Positions 38,426-49,316 of a stretch of 64,000 nt of DNA are shown in pieces. The notes under the pieces are model-generated. The model saw only the letters and a program-made list of their open reading frames with translations, was not told the origin of the DNA and did no database searches. The DNA is from Takakia lepidozioides (taxonomy: Eukaryota; Plantae; Bryophyta), in assembly GCA_030704615.1 (NCBI GenBank), contig CM060731.1, forward strand, positions 37,262,001 to 37,326,000, read 5' to 3'. A program made the translations under genes and the position numbers. Every line of letters begins with the position of its first letter. Position 1 is the first letter of the stretch.

Positions 38426-38893
38426 TGTGAAGCCTTAAAAGAAGCAGGACGAATATCTGCCTATCCTCTCAAGTGCTCTTCAAAACAACGGGGGGAGAAC
38501 AAGAAGAGCGTGCATGCACGCGAGAGGAGGATCTCAACGAGCGAACTGACAGAAAATCATACACACATATCGCATTTAGACAGCTTTCCACATCTACATA
38601 CACCAGAGTACATCAGCTGGCTGACACAAGGTCAGGCCGCCACTTTATACAAACCCTAGCTGCATGCCTTCCTGACGCGTGGCGAGGCGTGTCAGGCTGA
38701 GCTCGCTGCGCCACATCAAAACCCTAGATCTGTTGAACGGCTACGATGCAGCCACAAGCCATAACTAACCCTGGCTATGATATCTTTGTAACGGTTCAAT
38801 GGTATTGTAAGCCAAAAATTTATACTACGAATGAGTATCGCCGTTTTGGATGAATAAGGTAAACCTGTGATGAAGAAAATTTGGGGCATCACA
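38426..38893 (-). mobile_element. Solo LTR related to the 15518-24353 gypsy family
   Basis: TG...CA termini, 4-bp TSD GAGC (38422-38425 and 38894-38897), shared blocks TGTGAAGCCTTAAAA and GTATCGCCGTTTTGGATGAA. Its removal restores the cargo frame NTGR|AAGTWYSL. Confidence 0.9.
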
Positions 38894-40429
38894 GAGCTGC
38901 AGGCACTTGGTATTCTTTGACTCGAGAGGCGTTTCTAGACTACATGTATGCGGTAAGGCCGAACCTGTACTCACTTGTATTTTTCAAAACATGTTTATAA
39001 TTCGTTTTTACTTATCCCTACTTTGATATATGCAGCAAGAACTGGCAGAGGCCGCTCAGAAGGGGAAATCCGAATACTACCGCACTACAACAGAAGAACT
39101 TTAGGACATCAAAGGGTGTGGAGGCAACAATAAAGAAGGAGTATGAAATCCGGAGAACTAAACTGATGTCCGCCTTCTCGAAGCAGCTTAGAATAGTGGA
39201 TCCCGGCCTTGGGGAGGAGTTACTTCTGCAGATCAAATCTCACTATGACAAACATGTGCACCCGGAGATGCAGCAGGAGAAATTGCACCGGCTGGCCATC
39301 TCAATGGTTGACCCCCAAACCAAAATTAGATGGCTGGAGATTTGGAACTCAGATCAGACAGTGAAGGACTTGAATCAGTTTCCTAAGAGCACAATCCAGC
39401 CTGGCACAAAGGTGGAGGGAATCAGTGACATTGTGTTTGACAACTACAAGACCACATTTTGGAGTCAGGTGTGTATTCAATGAAGTTCCATCTTTCGTGA
39501 CTTCATGAATCTAATGACTTCATTATTTGCAAAACTGACAGATGTACCCTTTGTAGCTGGAGGAGCGCGCCATCCTTCACTAGAAGCACTCGTGTCATTT
39601 ACCACTTGGGTAACGACTCATTTTGAGTCGGAAAAGTCAAAAAATTGGGATCGACTGGAAGTTACAAACGACTAGTTACAACGACGTGGTAGTTGGGTTG
39701 GACATCCAATGATTGGAGTGGTAAAGGACGCAGACGCGCGAACAACTGCTCAGCGATTAATGCGATTAATGCTGAAGAACCACGTGGCGTAAACAGGCGG
39801 GCCGCTCGTGTGTCTGACCTTTTGGGCTGACTTTGGTTTTTTCCTCCGGATGAGTGAACCGACTCACCGAAGCGCGGTGACACATGGACGCGGACGTGGA
39901 CGCAGACGTGGACGACGATGTGGACGCCGACGTGGCGGCGCCACGACGAGCAGCACTGCTTTCACGTGGCCACGGGCCTGGGGCGCCACGTGGTAGTAGA
40001 CCACATAACTTGCACTGCTACATGCCCAGTGACAATTGCGACTGCGAAAGTTGGCGCAACCACTGCTTTACTACTTTACATGAAGTGCTCGAAATTACTT
40101 GAACAATCATTCATAGTGATTCATGCTTTGGAGTTTTGGTGTTTGTAGTGAGTCGACTAGTAATGCCATACAAGAGAACTAATCATGCATTAGAAATGCA
40201 CAAACGATGAAAGACATGCCATGAAACAAAATGAAATGAAACAAAATGGTACTTTCTTACATCTGCAGAAAGCTCAAAGAGCTTATGGGACAAAATGAAA
40301 AACACAAAGTAAAAAAGCAGCCCAAAAGCTACTGCTGCTCTGGGGATTGCCTAAGGGTCAAGGCCTCATGCAAGTAAGCTGCCAAGCAGTTCTGATCCTC
40401 ATAATGCAAGACTTCAGTGAGTTCCACGG

Positions 40430-41680
40430 AATAGACCATCTACCCATGGAGGTTTCTTGTAGTTATTGATCCACAGGGAATCATAGGTAATCTTGTGCTT
40501 GAAATTTGGCCCTCTAGGATGAATCTGGACCACACTCTATCCCTGCTCCTTCAGCTATCCATGCCCCTGCACAAATCATGCATTCATCCTTGCCTTGCTG
40601 CTAGTAGCTGACAATGACAACCTACATTTGTTCTAGGAAACACCCAACTCAACTTATCACACTAGTTCCTATGCTCAATTGCAACTGCTACTCTCTGAAA
40701 TGTAGCAGACATTCACCTTTTTGCCTCGGTTATCCCATCATTGACTGGGGGCAGAAAAGTATTCATTCCACAACTTCTCCTCATGTCTGTTACTTGTTTT
40801 TTGATACTTTCCTGTTGTCACATAGCAGTATCATGTCAAAGTCACTCCAAACTAGATTCACTCAACCAGTTAACTTGCAGAATTCAACATGGAAATTTTG
40901 GGCCGATTATGATAAGAGGGAAAAACAAGGTGAAATGTGCTGAAGAAGATGCCTTCATTAACAATGTCTGATTTTATCAATTGTGCCGTTGCTGCCAGTT
41001 GACCATATACCCATGCAGGTTTCTTGTAGCTTCATAGTTAATCTGGAGCTTGAAGTCCGGCCCTCTTGGGTGAATCTGCACCAACACTCTATCCTTGCTC
41101 CTTCAGCTATCCATGCCTTGCACGAATCATGCATACAACCTTGCCTTGTTGCTAGCAGTTGACGATGACAGCCTAGACTTGTTCTAGGAAGCACCCAACT
41201 CAACTTATCACACTAGTTCCTATGCTCAATTGCATCTGCTACTCTCTATAATCCAGCAAACATTCACCTTCTTGCCTCGATTGTTCCATCATTGACTGGG
41301 ATCAGAAAAGTATTCATTCCATAACTTCTCCTCGTCTGTGTTACCTGTTTCTGATACTTTCCTGTTGTCACATTGGCAGAATCATGTCAAAGTCACTCTA
41401 AACTATCGAAGCTTCACTCAACCAGCTAACTTGCAGAATTCAGACATGAATAATTAGGGGCGATTCTGATAAGAGGGGAAAACAAGGTGAAATTGAAGAA
41501 GGTGCCTTCATTAGCAGTCATTACACTCTATCCTTCGCTCTGCCATATTGTTGAACACTCCCTGTCCACAAGGGTATTGTTCAGAATGACATCTGCCACA
41601 ATTCCAGCTTTGACGATGCAACCATGGACCTCTTTGCCCTTCCCCAGCAGGCTTGCACATGCACTACAAACGCAAACAAA
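40430..41680 (-). repeat. OSB/PDF-motif repeat units plus a PPR fragment
   Basis: Same unit as 54.8-59.1 kb (EEKLWNEYF.DPSQWWDNRGKK / HPRGPDFK...W), followed by KGKEVHGCIVKAGIVADVILNNTLVD. Confidence 0.8.
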
Positions 41681-44329
41681 ACTGGTTGTGGCAAACTGGG
41701 AGCAATATGTGTCAGAAGAAACCACTGAAACAAATCTACAGCTTACAGACTGTCTCTATCCTCAAAATTGGCAGCACATCACTCGCTGCTATGACATATA
41801 TTGCCCTAGACACACATTGTCCTAACTGCCATCCCCCAAGATGCTACCCCCACCAGACTTCTCTCACTTGGGTCCTTGCAAGGCTGACTTCCAGCTTTGA
41901 CTCTGTGCGTGGGGCCTATCGGACAACATACACCAGCAAGCCCTCCCCCTATCCTGCATCAACTCATCTCAGCCTTATCAACTGCACAACATGTGATGGG
42001 AGTGAGTGCAACATGGGAAAGAGCCACAACACATGATGAGCTGTAGGGAAGAAGCAACATCGTGCAAGTAAAGCAAATGATGAAGCAAAAAGACGAGGCA
42101 ACATGGGAGAAGGGAAAATGGGGTCCAAGGGGTGAGAAGGTCAACTGGTCAACAATGAGGAACTGGCTCTGGAGCACTATGTTGATGATTAAAGGGAACA
42201 GCAAATACATGTGGGGCATTGCAGCAAAGTGCATGCCAACGAGGGTCAGAATAGTGCAAGAAAGACTCCACAGATGGTGGGCAGCCAAGGGAGATGCAGT
42301 GAGACAAGGCACTCATGGCAAGGGAGCTGCCAAGACAAAACAATTGATTAAGCTACGGAGAAAAAGGAAAGCACAAGATCAACTACGAGGAAAAGTAGCA
42401 ATTCAGGCATGGGAGCTGCTGCTAAAACATGAGGAGGAAGACATACGAGGTGAAGCATCAAGGGAACCAGTTGAAGATGAGGAAGATGGAGCACACTTTC
42501 CTGTCAAAGGTTGGCGGTCAAAGAATGCAACCCAGCAATCAGAAAGTGAGGCACCCGAGGCTGGACTGCTGCAAAGAGATACAAAGACAGGAGCTGAGAA
42601 TGAGATGTTGCATTTTGTTGAGTTCCCCACACAAGGGTTGTTTGGCAAGCAAAACCCCAGGCAAGGATGAGAGGTGAATCTGGGATAAAACCAGCAGCTG
42701 GGAGTGAGGAAAGACACAAGGAAGGGCAGCAATACCTTGTCAAATCTGAGGGTGATGGTTGGAGAAAATTAAACAAGGACTGGAAGTATGGGAGCAACAA
42801 TCGCATGAAGAAAAATCTGCCTAGAGGTTGAAGAGTGAAAGGGAGGAAGACAGGCACCTCGCTTATAAAAAGTGGAAGGGCAGGGTAGAAAACCTGATGC
42901 CTGAAACTGATGGGAGCTCATGGGAGACTCTGCCAAGAAGACTCCAATCAGCTGGTGCCAACAATCGGACTAGTGAAAGATCGCCCTTGGCTGGCGCAAC
43001 ACCACGAAATAAATGCAGCCCTGATAGCATGGTGAGTGGGGCACCAACAGAGCCAGAAAATGAGGGAGAAGGAGGAGACTTCCCTGCCAAGAAAGTCAAT
43101 GACGGGCCTGCAGTGGCATGCAAGGAAAGGGACACTGTAAGTATTGCCAACAGATGCAAATCAGTGCTCATTCATTCGAAAGCACCACGGGAGATGAAGG
43201 AAAAGACACCTGCAGGGACGTTGAAGCATAAACGAGGAGAGCACTTCACTTGGGAAGAAAGTGAAGCATTGGAGAACGAGGCTGATGACTGGCAGTCTGA
43301 AAAGGAAAGGCGGTTGTGGGAAACCCTGCCAAGACAACCATATGGAGAGAATCAAGCAGGTGGGAACTGCCCTTCATTGGGGTGGTGCAAACAAGAGCAA
43401 GACCAGAAGCTGAACCACATGAGAAGATAGTGTGTCATCACAGATGGAGACCCTGGAAAATGCTCTGCCCAGGAGATGAAGAACATTAGGCAACTAGAAA
43501 CGTGGGGGGCTGAATATGCTATGCAGTCAACTTGGCTTGTTGAATGCTTGCATAAGAGATGAGGGGTTGCTGTTAGTATACGGCATTGAGTTCATCAAAT
43601 CCTACAATAGCCCACCATCGCTGCCCACTGCTTACAAACTGCCACAAAAACAGTTTCACAGGACTTACAGATGATTGGTGGAAGGCAAGGCCCCTCGCCA
43701 TGGGCTAGATTAATTGTATATTGCAGCCCAGAACAATGACGGGAAGTCATCTAGGGCAGCAAACCCCATCTTGGCAGCGTCTTTTGTGTGAGAGAAGTCA
43801 AGCTGAACCTGCTCATCATATCGAGTGGGATGGACCAGATGTAAAGCTGCCAAGCCAACCACACTCATATTCGCACTCAAGCAACATAAGCTGGAGCCAT
43901 TTTCATAAGAATACTCCTTCTTCAACTTGCAGTGAACGGGCATAAAACTTCACAATGTGCAGCAGATTGATGGACCAAGATGCGGAGCTGAATTGGGTAT
44001 CCAGTTGGGCAATGCTGGTTTCAAAACCCCGTTCCATCCCTACGTTTTGAAGATTTGGCTTGAATGGGCACACTCCGGCAGTGGAAGGCTCACGGAGTAA
44101 TGAGTTTGGGCTGATATGCATGCTGACATGCCATGTCGGTGCAAAGAACAACGTTCTGAGTGGTGATTGTGATCTCAAAATCTGCCCCTGCATTCAAGCT
44201 GATTTCTCTCTCGAGCAGAGCCGCCTTATGGATGTTCCAGCCAGTGTCCAAAAATAGCTCAAGTGCAAGACAACAACATCAGCAAGGCATGGTTAGCTAA
44301 GCAAGGTCATGGTGGAGAGGCATTTGAAC

Positions 44330-45220
44330 TCTCTGAACGTAATGTGGTCGGACTTCACCCCCTCCCACATCAACTTCTCATAGGTCTCCAAAACCTGCAA
44401 TCCCCGCCCCTGTTGTGCATGTCCTGCGATCATCACTTTCCATGACACCACATTTCGCTCAGCCATATTGTTGAACACTCCCTATCCAGAAGGGTATTCA
44501 TGTTCAGAATGACATCTACCACAATTCCAGCTTTGACGATGCAACCATGGACCTCTTTGCCCTTCTCCAACAGGCTCGCACATGCACTACAAACACAAAC
44601 AAATGTAATATGCTTGGGCTTCACCCCCTAGACCCACATCATTTGCTCATAGGTCTCCAAAACCCGCAATCCCCGCCTATGTTGTGCATGTCCTGCGATC
44701 ATCACGTTCCACCACACCACATTTCGCTCAGCCATATTGTTGAACACTCCTTGTCCACAAGGGAATGCTCCCACGTTTGGCATACATGTCGACGAGGTAT
44801 TGTTACATCTGGTACAGTTCCAGCTTTGACGATGTCACGATGGACCTCTTTGCCCTTTACCAAGTCTCCAGAGCTGCTAGGTTTGCACATGCATTGCAAA
44901 CACAAATGAACGTGACTCGGTCAGGCTGCACCCCTTCTCGCAACATTTGCTCATATGTCTCCAATGCCCTCATCCCACACACATGCTGGCCATATCTTGC
45001 GAGATTCAGCGTGTTCCTTGAGACAACATCTTGTTCAGCCATGTTATCAAACTCTCCCTTCGCAACTTCATAGGTCTCCAAAGCCTCCATCCCACGTCCC
45101 TGTTGTGCATACCCTGTAAGCATCGCACTCCACGACACTACATCTCGGCAAAACAGGCTGAAATAGCTCGAAGAAGAAGGTGCCCTCACCACATTGTCCT
45201 CTACCTTGTGTCATGACCCA
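44330..45220 (-). pseudogene. Tandem PLS-PPR fragments
   Basis: MAERNVVSW, ALETYEQMLREGVQPDRVTFICVCNACANLAALE; many frameshifts. Confidence 0.85.
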
Positions 45221-48200
45221 TTGCGGATTAGACTGACCATGAACCCAAGAAGACCTCTTGTGTGTGCTGCTTGTATCTGTAGTCAGGTAATGTGGGATTG
45301 GTTCGTAAGAACCACCACGGTGCAGCTGAGCGGGCAGAGATTAAAATATGGGCTGCTAAGACCAAGCTGATTCCCCCAAGAACCTTGTGATCATTAGGAA
45401 GAATACCAAATCATGGTACAAAGGGGAGCCAATAGCCCACATTTGCACATAATGCACCCTTGACGCCATAAACGCTTGCAACAACAGGACATGGGCCTCG
45501 ATTTGGTCCTCGTCCTTCTCGCATCACTTGCTCGTCTCTATCTCAAGCCTCCATCCCTCTCCCAACACTTAGACAAATTCAGGCAAAGGACAAAGTTACT
45601 CTTCCACCCTTAGATCATTTTACATCCGATGATTAGAACAATCTCTACGAGCCACACAAGCCCTAAAATACATTAAAATATTCCACGTCATGAGCCATGT
45701 GGAGCACTTATAAAAATTTAATTTTTGAATAGGGTGTGCAATGAATGCCTAGTTGTTAAGAGTCGTTCTCTAGTGCTTAAAACCACTTGTAATTGTTGTT
45801 TTAAGAAAAAAACAATTTACGTAATTGAATTAAATCGCCGCGAATATTGCGCCGACTGCGGAGTCATTGATGCAACTTCTATCCGCCATTAGAAATGCGA
45901 ATTTATCCGTTACGACTGTGCAGTAGTAACAAACATCTCAAAGTTGTTCCCTCAGTGGTTTTGGACATGCAGTCGATTCGGAACAGACACGAATGCTTCT
46001 AGTGCTTGTGCTCGAGCAGAATTTGAAGGACTTGAATATTTCCATTATTTCCCCGCCTCAAATGACATTGGAGGCATACACAGGAAGTGGAGAGGTCTCA
46101 CTTGGCGATATTGTTTTTTCCGGAAGTTTTCGAAGGACGGTAACATTTTGCAGTCCAACAACTTTGACAGTCGGGTTGAGGGGGAGTGGGCCATGATGCG
46201 AGTTGTGTACAGGTGCAATGTCCAACTGGAAACTGTATTGCCTCTTGTGAGAAATCCTTAGGCTTTGTTAGCAGTGTTCTTCACTGATAGGAAGTGAATG
46301 TCGGTGCCGACAATCACTTCCATTGCTGTGAGCTTCTATAGATAGATATTTCATTCACATGGATTAGGGAACTTAGGGTGTGTTGGCAGTGTTATTGAAA
46401 GGAATTTTGTGAATGTCGGTGCCGACCATCACATCTAGTGCTGTTGTGAGCTTCTATAGAGAGAGTTTTCTTGTACCCAATAGGGTAGGGATATTTCCCT
46501 GCAGAATATACATGGAAGCAAGTGGTTTGTAAATTGTAACCTCATTTTCTTGGTCGATTATTTCATTCTGTAGTACTGCTGTCAGGATCCAGTGTACTGG
46601 TTTACATATCATGAAACGTACATTATTTCAGGAATGTGATAGTCGCCACCGGCACTTAGAAATGATTTCTTTCTCACTTCACGCTTTGGTGGGTTGGGTT
46701 TTGTTTCATGGTTCGCAGGTACACAAAATATGTGCTTATGGATGGAAATCACCTCAGCGGTATCCCATATTATCTTGACATGTGGCCTGACCCTGACAAC
46801 GATCCAACCATGTACACTGCAGGGATATTGAGGGACTGGAGTCCTGCACACTTCAGGGACTGTGGTTGGTACCTGGACTGCCCTCCTGAGTACACGACTT
46901 TTCAAGAGCAGCAAATGAAATATGTGAACAATCATGCTGAGATGCTGGCACCTCTGAGCGACGAGGAGTGCCAAAAAACATAGCAGCATTGGCTGCCAAG
47001 GAGCCTGATGCGAAGGAAATAACCCAGAAGGGCAAGAAGGGGGGGCGCAAGACCAAAGACAAGGGTTATGATGGCATAGCCAAGTCACCAGCGAAGACAA
47101 AGGATAAAGACGAGTTGAAGGAGAAGGAGAAGGAGAAGGAAAAGGAAAAAGAGAAGGGGAAGGGGAAAGAAAAGGAGAAGGAGAAGGAGAAGGAGAGTGA
47201 AAAGGACTTCACTGCCGGAAGGTATACCCACACAATTCAGTGCGTGTTCGATGCCAGGCCACACCCTTCCAGTGCTGATTGGCAGGGGAGATTAAGATTG
47301 TCAATGAGGGATGGCTGGCGATGATGGAGAGTCGGAAGAAAGGATACACTGGGGTGCCTTCGCCTACTTGGGATAACATGATCTCTTTCCTTAATCTGAT
47401 GGGAATTTCATTTTCTTTCCTGTGCATTTGTAAGTGACATTGGCAGTATTGATCTTTGTTTCTTTTCAAACATTCTTCTCTTCGTTCTCAAATTGAACAT
47501 GTCTGTCGTAGGTGAGCACTGTTCCCTCCTTCGTGTGCGGTGTGCGGAAAACGTTTGCTGCTGACATGGTCATTCTTGACATCCCGGACGGCCAGGCTGT
47601 TCCAGAAGTTCTTCCGAAGGGCAAGACGCCAAGTTGGAACAAATTTGATGACAACTACTGAAGTTGGGTGTTCGGGTTCTGCAATAATTTCTTTTCTGAA
47701 GGGGGGTTGTCCTGGTCAGCTGGTATGACGCATCCCTCATGCTTGTGCTTTCATGCTGCGTTTCAGTGTTCTTTGCAGCGTAACTCTTGAAGAATCTGTG
47801 ATGATCGGCACCGATCATCACAAATACGTGACGGATCAGTTTGTTGCATGCCTATGTTTTGTTCGTTCAATCTACAAACATCCACTATTATTTGTGTTTG
47901 GCACCCTAACCTTCAGTCTTTGCTAGACGAGGATGTTTGAGGCGATCTGCCTGTGGAGGATTCGCACCTCAAAGACACCATCCTCCATCCGCAGCTTTGA
48001 GATTTCTGACCAGGGGTGTTTCATCAACCCCCCGTATGAGCCGCATATCGATGACATTTTGTACAACTTCATGCAGTCCAGTCAGACTCTCAAGAGACCA
48101 GATGGCACTCCCTGGAGAGGTGCAAAGGAGAAAACCCCAGCGTTCATGCCGACACTGCTGGAGTCATGCAGCCACCATTCTGCACGGGTGGTCGACCTCT

Positions 48201-49316
48201 CAATATCCACAGGTTCGTTCTCGCCCTTCAGATTTGGTTTTCTTTCACCAGTTTTATCTTCGTAAATGTCCCCCCTCCAACCTGTTCATGTCCTCCTGTC
48301 TGGTGCAGGAGCAACTTACCATGCGTGCAAGGCAGGCGGAATAACCCTTTTTGGCATGGAGGGTGACTCTGACCTATACAAGAGTGTGCTCCTCCCCTTT
48401 CTGTCTGGCTCTACGTCAGGCACACAGACTGAAAATATTCAAATCCGGAATGATGAGGATCCAGAAGATAAGCAGGTCGACAACAACTTTTCATGTGAGT
48501 AAGTCTGCCATTGACTTCTCATTCTTTTTTTGGGTTCAAAGGAATACCCATACTTCATCCTATAAGTAGTTTCATTTTTCTTCCTGTGCAGGATATGCAA
48601 CTATTGGTCTTCAGCAGTGAAAAAAATTAGTGACGAGACTGCATATGACAGCCCCCTCCACAGTTTTGTGCTTCCTGTGTATGTTGAAGCAATGGCACTT
48701 CGCATGTCTGAGGCTCCATCCCTTGACCCCTTGCTGTCTGATAGCTGCCGTAGACATCGTAGTTCAGGAGTTATGAAATTCTTGGACTTGGATGCAGATG
48801 AGGCGGGGATAGATTGTAGTGACTCGGAGTCATATTGACCTTCGCAGTTTTCATGGATTTTTTTCAAACTCATAATGCAAGTTTTAATTGATTGGACTGC
48901 ATCCGACTTGTTCCGGCAGAATGGAAAATGTATTGGAGGAGCATTCAAATTCATGAATACATCCCATCAACCCCACACACTCATGACATTTTTCAACCAC
49001 AACACATTCATACATTACAAAATCATCCATTTCATATTCATCCAACGCCCATTCATCCATCCTTCGCATTGTTCGTATTCATCCATCCAATTTTCATCCC
49101 ATATTCGTTCATCCATCCTACCTTCATCTGATGCTTTCAGTGGGGAGTGGCCACATTATGTTAATTTGCAGTCGTGCGTGTTCCCGCGGTGAAGGGTGCT
49201 ATTCCGTGGAAATACACTCTGTTTCTTCCTCGGCGCGGTGGGAGCCTGGTGACTTGACGTGGCGTGAGCCTGTATGCGCTCACGCCACCAGGCTCATGCC
49301 GAGGCATTCCTCGTTG

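Larger units (their letters stand above)
39661..45930. mobile_element. Composite insertion inside the cargo gene, carrying captured PDF/PPR fragments and retroelement debris
   Basis: Cargo-like coding sequence stops at 39660 and resumes at about 45931. The insert starts GTTAC and ends GTAAC, with a CG-rich CACGTG/GACGTG-repeat left end. No convincing TSD. Confidence 0.5.
35926..48838 (+). pseudogene. Transposon cargo gene: ParB/Srx-like domain plus C-terminal beta-class amino-DNA-methyltransferase-like domain; spliced and disrupted
   Basis: ParB-like FYVWDGNHRLLAW (38030-38070). MTase motif IV-like ADMVILDIPDG (47560-47592). After removing intron 48213-48308, motif X/I-like region PWRGAKEKTP..LLESCSHHSARVVDLSISTG|ATYHACKAGGITLFGMEGD. 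Interrupted by a solo LTR, a 6.3-kb insertion and an in-frame stop at 47659. Confidence 0.7.
29604..49316. mobile_element. Mutator-like (MULE) DNA transposon with cargo gene, rearranged by inversions and nested insertions
   Basis: Both ends read ...TCGTTG (31447-31452 and 49311-49316) with GCTCACGC/GTGAGCC subterminal repeats. The flanks AAATT (31453-31457) and AATTT (49317-49321) form a duplicated target inside a LINE ORF2 once 29604-32641 is re-inverted. Confidence 0.8.

Noticed and set aside
42062-44260. ORFs 42062-42670 and 42828-43430, plus copia-like and MAPK-like peptide scraps
   Set aside because: No convincing domains; PPT-like tracts at about 43503 and 43560 suggest retroelement debris, but the boundaries and identity cannot be supported.
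47115-47200. GAGAAG repeat as a separate satellite
   Set aside because: It encodes the in-frame (KE)n linker of the cargo gene.
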